Shown here one piece after another: positions 9,224-18,156 of a stretch of 46,892 bases of DNA (positions are counted from its first letter, which is position 1; every line of letters begins with the position of its first letter). This stretch comes from Chloroflexota bacterium (GTDB taxonomy: Bacteria > Chloroflexota > Dehalococcoidia > UBA2979). The stretch covers positions 1 through 46,892 of the forward strand of contig PANZ01000004.1 in assembly GCA_002707835.1 (NCBI GenBank), given 5' to 3'. The notes under the pieces are model-generated. The model saw only the letters and a list, made by a program, of their open reading frames with translations, did not search any database and was not told where the DNA came from. The translations under genes were made by a program, and so were the position numbers.

Positions 9224-9322
9224 TTTTGTCCTTAGGTTACAGCTGAATTTCAGTGGAGATAGTTGTTAGAACAGAGATTATTACAGTTCTCAGTATAATA
9301 ATAGTTTGAGGAGAAATTTAAG

Positions 9323-10189
9323 ATGGCATTGAACAATATGTCACGTATTGGAATTATCGGAGCTGGTAGACTAGGAAGTGCGCTTGCTCATGCATTATTA
9401 GCTGCTGGTTATCCTTTAGAAATGATATCTAGTCGTCAACTTTCTGATGCAGAACGATTAGTCTCCTCATTACCTGCGGTATCGTCTGTAACTGTAGACA
9501 ATCTAGTCCAAGAATGTGATTTTGTTTTTCTTGCAGTGCCAGATGAATATATTTCAGAGTTGGCATCCTCATTGCCATGGAGTTCCTCTCAGGCGGTTAT
9601 TCACTCTAGTGGATCTTTAAATTTAGATGTTTTGTCAGTAGCTAAAAAAAAGGGTTCATTGACAGGATGTTTACACCCTGTCCAAACTTTTCTAAAAAGA
9701 GATTCACCTTTAGAATCCCGGGATCGATTTGCCAATATCGTTTGTGGTATCGAAGCAGATTCACCTTTGGATATTTGGTTAGTAGAGCTTGTAGAATCTT
9801 TAGGTGCCTACTCAATTCGTTTAGAAAATGCAGACAGAGCGCTGTATCATTCTGCCGCTGTTTTTGCCAGTAACTATGTAGTTGCTTTGTTATCAGCAGC
9901 AACTCGTATTTGGACCCTCTCAGGGCTGTCTGAGAGGGAGGGAAGAATGGCATTGCAACACATAATGAATGTAAGTGTAAATAATTTGGCGGACAGTACT
10001 TTTTCTGATGCTATGACAGGTCCTATCGCACGTGGAGATTGGCAGACAGTAAAAAAGCACTTAAGTGCTCTTGATTCTGAACCAGAGATGCAAAAATTAT
10101 ATTCTCGATTAGGTTTAGAATTACTATCAGCTTCCCAAATCGATTTAGATGTAAAAATTAAGATTACTAAATTATTAGAAAGTAATTAA
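9323..10189 (+). CDS. Rossmann-fold NAD(P)-binding protein with DUF2520-type C-terminal domain (PanG-like ketopantoate reductase is one possibility)
   Basis: IGIIGAGRLGSALA dinucleotide loop, LHPVQTF, ALYHSAAVFASNYVVAL and LTGP-type IARGD segment (MTGPIARGDWQTV), as in DUF2520 proteins. GAGGAG RBS. Confidence 0.6.
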   Translation: MALNNMSRIGIIGAGRLGSALAHALLAAGYPLEMISSRQLSDAERLVSSLPAVSSVTVDNLVQECDFVFLAVPDEYISELASSLPWSSSQAVIHSSGSLNLDVLSVAKKKGSLTGCLHPVQTFLKRDSPLESRDRFANIVCGIEADSPLDIWLVELVESLGAYSIRLENADRALYHSAAVFASNYVVALLSAATRIWTLSGLSEREGRMALQHIMNVSVNNLADSTFSDAMTGPIARGDWQTVKKHLSALDSEPEMQKLYSRLGLELLSASQIDLDVKIKITKLLESN

Positions 10190-10194
10190 CAAAA

Positions 10195-11040
10195 ATGGAA
10201 TTAGTATTTCACGACAGGATTATTGACTGTACAAACCGGACAATATTGATGGGTATTCTTAATGTTTCAAATGATTCTCCCATTCATGAATCTATATTTC
10301 GGGAAGAAAAAATATTGGATCGAGCAATTCAATTGCACTCAGAAGGTGCGGATATAATTGATATAGGTGCTGTTTCTACTTCTTCTTTGGCTGAACAGCT
10401 AAGTACTTCTGAAGAAATAGATCGTGTATGTACTGCAATTTCTCAAATTTCAAAGGAAGGGATTCTCACCTCAATTGATACATGGAATCCTCAAGTTGCT
10501 GAAGCAGCTGTAAGTGCGGGCGTGCATTTGCTAAATGATGTTAGTGGTTTTAGGAAAAATGAGATGATCGCTGTCGCGGTTAAAAATTCTACTCCAGTTT
10601 GCGTAATGCACATGCGAGGTGAACCTCGTAAGCATTACGACGTTGACCAAGAGTATTATGATATCAATCATGAGGTAACTACATTCCTTGAAAATAAAGC
10701 ATTAGAATTAGAAAATGCAGGAACTGGTCAAGTATGGATTGATCCTGGATTCGAATTTGGAAAATCTGTTTTAGATAATGTAAAGATGTTTGATGATCTG
10801 AAAAATTTATTGATTTTAGACAGGCCTGTTTTGATTTCAGCTTCGCGAAAAGGTTTTCTTGCTGAATTATTGGGTTATCAAAAACGTCAAGATATTCCTG
10901 AATTGCTAGATGCCACTCTTGCATTCAATGTGCTTTGTGCATTTGAAGGAGTACATATCGTCAGAGTACATGACGTTAAGACTGTCAACAGTGGAATTAC
11001 TATAGTAAATGGAATACGTGAGCTTCTTGCAGAAAATTGA
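10195..11040 (+). CDS. folP: dihydropteroate synthase family protein (pterin-binding domain) with divergent loops 1 and 2
   Basis: LMGILNVSNDS, ADIIDIGAVSTSS, SIDT, LNDVSG, CVMHMRGEP, IDPGFEFGKS, SASRKGF and VRVHDV line up with E. coli FolP motifs. See the finding on loop divergence. Confidence 0.8.
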   Translation: MELVFHDRIIDCTNRTILMGILNVSNDSPIHESIFREEKILDRAIQLHSEGADIIDIGAVSTSSLAEQLSTSEEIDRVCTAISQISKEGILTSIDTWNPQVAEAAVSAGVHLLNDVSGFRKNEMIAVAVKNSTPVCVMHMRGEPRKHYDVDQEYYDINHEVTTFLENKALELENAGTGQVWIDPGFEFGKSVLDNVKMFDDLKNLLILDRPVLISASRKGFLAELLGYQKRQDIPELLDATLAFNVLCAFEGVHIVRVHDVKTVNSGITIVNGIRELLAEN

Positions 11041-11044
11041 ATCC

Positions 11045-11407
11045 CTAACGGCTTAACAATTCCTCTACGGCTTTCACTGCTTTACGTGCATTTTCTCTTG
11101 ATTCTGCTCTACTAAGAAGCATGGGGGCAATAGATTCAACAGTTGCAGCTAATTCTGGGTCTGACGCGCGTAACAATCTATGAGCAGTGCCAGGGCTGTT
11201 ACCATCTACCCAATGGGGCCTTAATGCTTCCATTACTAGTGCGCTTCCCAATAATTGGACTCGATCTTCACGGGATAATGAGACAGTATCAAAAATCACC
11301 GACAGTAGTTCTGCAACAGTTTCGGAGTCTACATTAGTAAAATCAATATCTAGAAATTGTTGGATGGTGTTTTTGGATGTTGAATCCTTGTAATCGGGAT
11401 CAGTCAT
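11045..11407 (-). CDS. hypothetical protein (helical, no recognised family)
   Basis: Intact ORF. The ATG at 11407 (MTDPDYKD...) is preceded by GAGGAAG. The upstream 14 codons of the track ORF lack an RBS. Confidence 0.5.
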   Translation of the reverse strand: MTDPDYKDSTSKNTIQQFLDIDFTNVDSETVAELLSVIFDTVSLSREDRVQLLGSALVMEALRPHWVDGNSPGTAHRLLRASDPELAATVESIAPMLLSRAESRENARKAVKAVEELLSR

Positions 11408-11545
11408 TAACTTCCTCAAATAGAAAAAAATGCATGAATGCTTATGCACATTAGCAATTATCGTATTTATGTTTGGAGCATACTTGTAGTTTTTTGCAAA
11501 TGCAAGAGATCTACTTATTAATGCATTTTTGGATACAGAAGGTAT

Positions 11546-11818
11546 TTATCTAGCACCACCACCAAGCGCAGGAATAAAAAATATTTGTGAATTTTCACTT
11601 ACTTTTTCGAGTAGGCCATTTTCAGTTATTTCACTGTCTATTGCGATAGCAAGGTCAGATCTTATCGAACCATTAATTAATATTTCTTCTCCAAGATGAG
11701 GATTTTTTTGGATTAGAAGATCGATTACCTGACCGAGCTTTTCGCCAGGTATTTCAATGCTTACTGCCCCATTAGTTGCGTGTTGCATGTGTGCGGGAAT
11801 ATGAACCAGTGCCACCAT
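11546..11818 (-). CDS. MoaD/ThiS-family ubiquitin-like sulfur-carrier protein with a C-terminal extension
   Basis: 90 aa, beta-grasp-like pattern (…VIDLLIQKNPHLGEEILINGSIRSDLAIAIDSE…IFFIPALGGGAR). It ends in GGG followed by A-R. Located immediately downstream of the Mo-hydroxylase large subunit. Confidence 0.65.
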   Translation of the reverse strand: MVALVHIPAHMQHATNGAVSIEIPGEKLGQVIDLLIQKNPHLGEEILINGSIRSDLAIAIDSEITENGLLEKVSENSQIFFIPALGGGAR

Positions 11819-11863
11819 AAACTCTATCTGAGGAAAAATCTAAATCTTTTAAGATATATTCAG

Positions 11864-14164
11864 CTAAAATCTTCCTTCACCAGTACCGTGTCCATTGCTA
11901 GACAAGTTCTCGGATTCTAATAATTCTTCAAGTAGCACTCGAGGTGAGACTGGCATCTGATAAATATGTAAGCCAGTTGCATCAGTTATTGCCTGTTGAA
12001 TTGCCGGCATTGGTGGAACTATAGGAACCTCTCCTACACCTCTGACACCATATGGATGACCAGGATTCGGTACTTCTACAAGCTCAGTATCGATCATTGG
12101 CAAGTCAAGTGCGGTTGGCATACGATAGTCGAGGAAACTACTATTTACGAGGTGGCCATCATCGTCATAATAATATTCTTCTGTGAGAGCCATCCCTAGT
12201 CCTTGAGCTACTCCACCATGAATTTGCCCTTCAACATAAGAAGGATGGATAGCTGTCCCAACATCTTGGATAGCAGTGTATCTCAAGATCGTTACTTTCC
12301 CAGTATCCTTATCTACTTCTATATCAACGATATGACCAGCATAAGCTGGACCTTGACTAGTTTTATTTATACTTACCGTGGCAGATATTTGCCCACCGGT
12401 AGTAGCCATTTTTTTTGCTAATTCAGAGAATGTGAATGCTTTTTCCTCATCAGAATTAACTTTAATAATTGCATCATCTGTATATTCAACTTCTTCAATA
12501 TCGATATCCCAGATATCTGCAGCACGCTGACGCATTTTTTCCCGTAATTCGACTCCTAGTTCATATGCTACCCATCCACCTGCGAAAGTCGTTCTACTTC
12601 CACCAGTTACATGCGTAAAAGGTACAGAATCAGTGTCCGCGACGTGGGGCTTGATTTGCTCATAGGTGAGTGCAAGAGTTTCAGCTAATTGCATTGCAAG
12701 TGATGCACGTGTACCACCAATATCAACTGATCCAACAGATAAGGAAACACTTCCATCTGAATTGATAGTTGCAGAAGATCCTGATTCTAATCCAGCATTA
12801 TGCCAAAATCCCAAAGCAACACCACGACCTACATCATCTCCTTGAAGCTCAGAATTATAATGTGGATGATTTTTCACTGCATCCATAACTTCTTTAGCAC
12901 CGATACGCGGGAATGGAGCCCCTGCAGAATTGGGCTTTCCTTCTGAAGTAGCATTTTTAATTCTTAATTCCATCGGGTCCATTTCAAGTCGTTCTGCTAA
13001 TTCATTGATTGTGGACTCTACGGCATATTCAGAAGCTGGTGCCCCTGGTGCTCTATAGGCAGCACTTTTGGGAGAATTTGTTACAACATCGAACCCATCG
13101 ATGAGTTGATTTTCAAAATAATATGGTCCGAATGCACAACTAACACCTGGATTAATAGGTGATCCAGGGAATGCGCCTGCTGCAAAAGCTAAATATGCTT
13201 GCGCTGCAATTATGGTTCCGTCATGCATTGCCCCAAGTTTGATTCTGTTATAAGTCGCTGAAGTTGGCCCTGTAGCTTGAAAAACGGCTTCTCTTGTCAT
13301 TGTTAGGCGAACCGGTTGTGCTGTTACTTTTGATAAAACTGCTGCAATGGGTTCTAGATAGACAGAGATTTTCCCACCAAAGCCTCCCCCAATTTCTTGC
13401 GGTATAACTGTAATGTCTTGGGCAGTTAAATTTAACAATCGCGCAATGCTATCTCTTTGAACAAAAGGCCCTTGGCTACTATTCCAGATTGTAATTTGTC
13501 CATCATGGCTCCAGAAAGCGGTTGCACTGTGTGGTTCAATATAGCCTTGATGAAACCAGCTTGTTTCGAATTCTCGTTCTATTATTACATCTGAATTTTC
13601 GAATGCATTTTCTACATCACCGCGTTCTTGCCTCAGATGAAGTGCGATATTTGTTTCAATATCTGTTGCTGTGTCTACATTTGTTGCTTGTAAGCTTGTT
13701 CGAAGATCAGGATGAAGTATTGGTGCATCAGAGAGCATTGCTTCCCGGACATCAGTTACTGGAGTAAGTATCTCATATTCTACTTCGATTAGGTCTAATG
13801 CATCTTCAGCTATGTGGACATCAATAGCAGCAACTGCAGCAACTGCATGTCCGTGATAGAGTGCTTTGTTCGATGCAATGACATTATCGAGCAATTTTTG
13901 TGTGCTGTCGCTATCAGTATCGGGGAGATCTGCAGCTGTAATCACTGCCTTTACCCCAGGAAGTGCAAGTGCTTTGGATGCATCAATAGATTTAATCACT
14001 GCATGTGCATGAGGGCTTCTTAAAACTTGCGCATGTAGTAGGTTAGTCATTTGTGTATCGGCAGCATAAGCTGCACGGCCCGTGACCTTATCTGTTCCAT
14101 CTGGACGTACAGGACGTGTTCCGATGACTTTGTATGTGTTTTTATTTTTTTCTGTTGCAACCAT
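11864..14164 (-). CDS. molybdopterin-dependent hydroxylase large subunit (xanthine dehydrogenase / aldehyde oxidoreductase family; not form I CO dehydrogenase)
   Basis: 766 aa with VTGRAAYAAD N-terminus, GGGFGGK motif and AAYRAPGAP active-site loop. M-S-L gene order with the 2Fe-2S and FAD subunits. Confidence 0.92.
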   Translation of the reverse strand: MVATEKNKNTYKVIGTRPVRPDGTDKVTGRAAYAADTQMTNLLHAQVLRSPHAHAVIKSIDASKALALPGVKAVITAADLPDTDSDSTQKLLDNVIASNKALYHGHAVAAVAAIDVHIAEDALDLIEVEYEILTPVTDVREAMLSDAPILHPDLRTSLQATNVDTATDIETNIALHLRQERGDVENAFENSDVIIEREFETSWFHQGYIEPHSATAFWSHDGQITIWNSSQGPFVQRDSIARLLNLTAQDITVIPQEIGGGFGGKISVYLEPIAAVLSKVTAQPVRLTMTREAVFQATGPTSATYNRIKLGAMHDGTIIAAQAYLAFAAGAFPGSPINPGVSCAFGPYYFENQLIDGFDVVTNSPKSAAYRAPGAPASEYAVESTINELAERLEMDPMELRIKNATSEGKPNSAGAPFPRIGAKEVMDAVKNHPHYNSELQGDDVGRGVALGFWHNAGLESGSSATINSDGSVSLSVGSVDIGGTRASLAMQLAETLALTYEQIKPHVADTDSVPFTHVTGGSRTTFAGGWVAYELGVELREKMRQRAADIWDIDIEEVEYTDDAIIKVNSDEEKAFTFSELAKKMATTGGQISATVSINKTSQGPAYAGHIVDIEVDKDTGKVTILRYTAIQDVGTAIHPSYVEGQIHGGVAQGLGMALTEEYYYDDDGHLVNSSFLDYRMPTALDLPMIDTELVEVPNPGHPYGVRGVGEVPIVPPMPAIQQAITDATGLHIYQMPVSPRVLLEELLESENLSSNGHGTGEGRF

Positions 14165-14205
14165 TTTCTACCCCTAAAATTATCTAATAGTGAAAAATTA
14201 ATATC

Positions 14206-14685
14206 TTATGAAGAGGAGTTTATTCGCTGTGCACTGTCTTGCACTGCACGAATAATTTTGTCATACCCAGTGCATCTACAAAGGTTACCAGCTAACCACC
14301 ATCGTATTTCTTCTTCACTTGGATCTGGATTTTCATCGAGCAGTGCTTTTGAAGCCATTAAGAACCCTGGGGTACAGATCCCACATTGTAAGGCAGCATT
14401 TTCAAGAAAAGCTTCTTGCAAAGGGTGTAATGAGTCTGCATCAGCTAGACCTTCAATTGTATTTAGCTCAGCACCTTCAATTTCAGCTGCCATTACACAA
14501 CATGAATTAACTAGACGTCCGTCCATAATTACTGCACAAGCACCGCAGTTCCCATTATTACAACCTTCTTTCGCACCCATTAACCCTAGGCGTTCTCGAA
14601 GTGCTTCTAGTAAGCTATCTCTTTCATCTGCTAAAAATTCACGATTTTCACCATTAATGATTGTGTTAAGAACTATTTTTGCCAT
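14206..14685 (-). CDS. (2Fe-2S)-binding small subunit of the molybdenum hydroxylase
   Basis: Both cluster motifs are present: CNNGNCGACAV (plant-type) and CGICTPGF...CRCTGY. Confidence 0.95.
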   Translation of the reverse strand: MAKIVLNTIINGENREFLADERDSLLEALRERLGLMGAKEGCNNGNCGACAVIMDGRLVNSCCVMAAEIEGAELNTIEGLADADSLHPLQEAFLENAALQCGICTPGFLMASKALLDENPDPSEEEIRWWLAGNLCRCTGYDKIIRAVQDSAQRINSSS

Positions 14686-14714
14686 ATTTTCCTCATTTCA
14701 ATTGTATTTGTAAG

Positions 14715-15581
14715 TTAGGATTGAGCTCTTTCAGCAGCTATTGCAAGAGTTCGCTTTGTTAAAACTCCTGCAAGATGTTTTCTCTGCTTAACAGAACCTC
14801 GCATATCTTCAATTGGTGTAGCTGCTTCACTAGCTGCATCGGCTGCCATATCTATAATTTCGTCATTTAATGCTTGTCCGATTAAAATTTCTGAAATAGC
14901 TGGAACCATGATTGGTGTAGCTGCGACGGCACCTAATGCAACTCTCGCATTCGTCACAGAACCATTTTCCAGAGCGAGGTATGTTCCACAATTGACTACT
15001 GCAATATCCATTTCATTTCGTGGAATGAATCTTTGCCAAGCTCCACCTGTTCCTGATTGGTGAGGTGCGATATGGATATTTACTACAAATTCACCAGCTT
15101 CTAAAACATTACGGCCCGGTCCAGTAAAAAAATCCTCTACGGGGACATCACGTTCACCTTGTGGACCTGCAATATGCGCTATTGCATTGATGGCCATCAT
15201 AGCTGTAAGTGAATCTCCTGCAGGTGAAGAGTTACAAAGATTCCCACCAAGGCTTGCTCGTCCTTGTATTGCAGTTCCTCCAATTACACTTGAAGCTTCT
15301 ACGATAGAGGGGTAGTGCTCCTTTACGTCCTTATTTCCATACACTTGATAAAGCGGGGTTGCAGCACCAATAACTAATCCAGTATCGGGACTATAACTGA
15401 CCCCAATTAATTCTGGGATATGTTTTACATCTACCAGAAGTGAAACATCTCTTTTACGCTCTCTTGCTTGAACGATTAGATCAGTTCCACCTGCTAGTAC
15501 TCTAGCTGTATCTCCCCCATTTTGGAGTAAACTAACAGCTTCACCAATGCTTGTGGCTCTTTGATATGTTAGTGATTGCAA
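14715..15581 (-). CDS. FAD-binding medium subunit of the molybdenum hydroxylase
   Basis: LAGGTDL and GGNLCNSSPAGD motifs of the CoxM/XdhB FAD-binding domain. TTG start. Confidence 0.9.
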   Translation of the reverse strand: MQSLTYQRATSIGEAVSLLQNGGDTARVLAGGTDLIVQARERKRDVSLLVDVKHIPELIGVSYSPDTGLVIGAATPLYQVYGNKDVKEHYPSIVEASSVIGGTAIQGRASLGGNLCNSSPAGDSLTAMMAINAIAHIAGPQGERDVPVEDFFTGPGRNVLEAGEFVVNIHIAPHQSGTGGAWQRFIPRNEMDIAVVNCGTYLALENGSVTNARVALGAVAATPIMVPAISEILIGQALNDEIIDMAADAASEAATPIEDMRGSVKQRKHLAGVLTKRTLAIAAERAQS

Positions 15582-15695
15582 TGTCGCCCGCCCATCTTTT
15601 AGTTGTACATAATTTTAGCATAGAGGGATGTTTTTCGCAGAGAAGTTGATTTAACTCACTTAAAAAGAAAAAATTAAATCACTTCAATGACAAAA

Positions 15696-16463
15696 TTATA
15701 AAATACCCCCACCATCGAGTACCATCGTTTGTCCTGTAACAAAAGAACTTGCATCACTTGCTAAATAAACTGCCGCTCCAGCCATATCTTCAGGTAATCC
15801 AAAACGACTCAATGCTACACCTCCGTGTTGGATATCTTTTGCTTCATTACCATCCCATAATGCACGTGAAAAATCAGTTTTAATTAGCCCTGGAGCTATG
15901 CAATTGACCCGTATATTGTCATTTCCCCATTGTGCAGCTAAAACTTGAGTCATCATAATAATTGCTGCTTTTGATACTGAATATATTGGTAATTGTACTG
16001 AAGCTCTTAGTCCACCGACTGAACTAATATTAATTATCGAACCACCTTCACCATGCTGTTGTATTGCTTCACGAAACATTTTTGAGAGAAAAAAAGCAGA
16101 TTTTACATTTGTATTCATTACAACGTCCCAAGCACGCTCATCAACATTGTCTACTGGTCCCATTAAAGGATTTGTCGCGGCATTATTGACGAGTATGTCG
16201 ACTCGTCCTAATTGGCTTTGTGTTTCATCCACTAGTGATTGAATCGAGTCCATATCTCGAACATTAGTTGCTACACCGATAGCTTTTTGGCCAGTTTTTT
16301 CGACAGCTTGGACGGCTTCCTCCAATGATTCAGGTTTTCTTGCAGCGATACTGACATTTGCTCCAGCTTCAGCTAGGCCAATCGCGATTGCTCTTCCAAT
16401 GCCCCTACTGCCTCCAGTTACGATAGCTACCTTACCTTCAAGCGAAAAATCCACGATAGGCAT
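15696..16463 (-). CDS. short-chain dehydrogenase/reductase
   Basis: TGGSRGIG, NNAA and YSVSK (Y-x-x-x-K). The ATG at 16463 (MPIVDF...) follows AAAGGAAA; the track start at 16478 has no RBS. Confidence 0.9.
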   Translation of the reverse strand: MPIVDFSLEGKVAIVTGGSRGIGRAIAIGLAEAGANVSIAARKPESLEEAVQAVEKTGQKAIGVATNVRDMDSIQSLVDETQSQLGRVDILVNNAATNPLMGPVDNVDERAWDVVMNTNVKSAFFLSKMFREAIQQHGEGGSIINISSVGGLRASVQLPIYSVSKAAIIMMTQVLAAQWGNDNIRVNCIAPGLIKTDFSRALWDGNEAKDIQHGGVALSRFGLPEDMAGAAVYLASDASSFVTGQTMVLDGGGIL

Positions 16464-16569
16464 AAAATTTCCTTTCAATTCGTCAATTTAAATTAAACAC
16501 TACACTAAATTAATTAATAGTCGTATGGAAATACTATTGTACCATCTATGCAGAGACTAAGGGATAAGT

Positions 16570-16839
16570 ATGCGAATTGTTGCAAAATTACTTGAAGATT
16601 TTTCTGAAGATTGGCATTGGGTTGAGTTAGAAAATCCTCAAGAAATAGATCATGATGAAAGGGTTTTTGAGATTGATAGTGCAGAAACACTTTGCGGGAT
16701 TCTTCTTAGTGGTCCTACTAGAACTCGATTACACGATACGGGGGCACCATCACAACCTGATTGCCCATCATGTTTAAAAATTGTTAAACCTTTGTCTGCA
16801 GAGCTTATTCAAGATATTTCAGAAGCACTTGGCGATTAG
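16570..16839 (+). CDS. hypothetical small protein (89 aa, contains CPSC)
   Basis: Intact ORF with an AAGGGA RBS. No recognisable family. Its stop abuts the stop of the convergent gene. Confidence 0.4.
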   Translation: MRIVAKLLEDFSEDWHWVELENPQEIDHDERVFEIDSAETLCGILLSGPTRTRLHDTGAPSQPDCPSCLKIVKPLSAELIQDISEALGD

Positions 16840-17748
16840 TTATTTGAAGTTCTTTGCAACTTCTTCCATAAATTGATCATATGCTTCAATTTGTTGATCC
16901 AGTGAAGAACCTAAGTTGAAGTTGGGCAGTATGAACTCTGATACTCCTGCGTCGAGGTAGTCTTGCATAATTTGACATAACTGTTCAGAATTTCCTGCAA
17001 TCATTTGGCGTTCTGTATTTTCTAAGGCTTTTTCAATTATTTTCGGATCATCACTATGCACAACTAAGGCCTGCGCTGATCGTTGTATTTCATTTATATC
17101 GCGTCCTATTGTTGTTGCGTGTGCTTCTAAGATAGGGCCTTTTGCTGCTAGAACCGTAGGAGTTCCCCATACATTCCACTCATCTGCATATTGTGCAGCA
17201 ATGCGCATTGTCACTTTTTCTCCACCTCCTCCGATGAGTAATGGTGGTCCATTTTGTTGTAGGGGTTTTGGTGAAAGTGGAGCTTCTTGTAGAGTATAGA
17301 ATTCACCATCGAAATTAGTTCTTTCTTTCGAAAATAAGTTTTTTATTATTTGAACAGCTTCTTCGAGTCGGCGCATGCGCCCGCCTACAGTTGAATACTC
17401 GATCCCATAGGCACGGTGCTCGTTTTCTTGCCACCCTGCCCCTAGTCCAAAAACTAAACGTCCTTTGCTAATGATATCTACTTGTGCCGCCTGTTTCGCC
17501 AGTACTGCAGGATGTCGATATGTGTTGCCAGTAACCAAAGTTCCTAAACGTATCCTAGGTATTTTGACAGATAAAGCAGAAAGAATAGTCCATGCCTCGC
17601 CTGTGGGACCAGTATTATCGTCATCACGATTGGGCATGAAATGATCTGCAATCCACAAGCCATCCCATCCTGTTTTTTCTGCGTGTAGTGCTAGTTTTTC
17701 AATTTGATCGTAAGGTGCTGCAGAACCTGGCCAGATACTAAATTTCAT
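16840..17748 (-). CDS. luciferase-like monooxygenase family oxidoreductase (probable F420- or FMN-dependent)
   Basis: MKFSIWPG...GWDGLWIADHFMPN N-terminus and GLGAGWQENEH segment, typical of the LLM-class F420-dependent oxidoreductases. AGGAAG RBS. Confidence 0.85.
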   Translation of the reverse strand: MKFSIWPGSAAPYDQIEKLALHAEKTGWDGLWIADHFMPNRDDDNTGPTGEAWTILSALSVKIPRIRLGTLVTGNTYRHPAVLAKQAAQVDIISKGRLVFGLGAGWQENEHRAYGIEYSTVGGRMRRLEEAVQIIKNLFSKERTNFDGEFYTLQEAPLSPKPLQQNGPPLLIGGGGEKVTMRIAAQYADEWNVWGTPTVLAAKGPILEAHATTIGRDINEIQRSAQALVVHSDDPKIIEKALENTERQMIAGNSEQLCQIMQDYLDAGVSEFILPNFNLGSSLDQQIEAYDQFMEEVAKNFK

Positions 17749-17829
17749 TTATCTTCCTGTCATTTGCTATTAAATAAGTTTACTGAATTCAGTGCTATCA
17801 TACTTACTATATAGAGGATAAGTAACATT

Positions 17830-18153
17830 TTGGCGTGGATTTTACTGGTCATAGCAATATCTGTTGAAGTTGGAGCCACTTTTTCTTTACGTGCTTCAGA
17901 TGGATTTTCACGTCTTCCTTACACGATTACGACTTTAGTGGGTTATGCAATAGCTATTTCGTTAATGGCGATTATCGTTAAATCCTTACCAGTCGGTCTG
18001 GTTTATGCTATTTGGGCTTCTAGTGGCATTGCTCTTGTTGCAATAGGGAGTTACATCATATTTGGTGATGCACTTCCTCCCATGGCTATCCTTGGGATAG
18101 CGCTTATTATTACAGGAGTTGTGGTACTTAGGCTTTCATTATCTTCGGTATGA
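17830..18153 (+). CDS. small multidrug resistance (SMR, EmrE/QacE-like) transporter
   Basis: 107 aa with four TM segments and a membrane-embedded Glu in TM1 (AISVEVGATFSLRAS). TTG start. Confidence 0.85.
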   Translation: MAWILLVIAISVEVGATFSLRASDGFSRLPYTITTLVGYAIAISLMAIIVKSLPVGLVYAIWASSGIALVAIGSYIIFGDALPPMAILGIALIITGVVVLRLSLSSV

Positions 18154-18156
18154 AAT

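Noticed and set aside
14051-14713. 220-aa ORF on the plus strand overlapping the 2Fe-2S subunit gene
   Set aside because: It is entirely antisense to a gene with unmistakable Fe-S motifs. Its translation is low-complexity and Ser/Arg/Cys-rich, and it has no RBS. It is a typical shadow ORF.
11864-15581. Calling the three-subunit Mo enzyme an aerobic carbon monoxide dehydrogenase (coxMSL)
   Set aside because: The large subunit lacks the AYXCSFR (form I) and AYRGAGR (form II) active-site signatures, and no coxDEFG accessory genes are present. Only the generic hydroxylase family call is supported.
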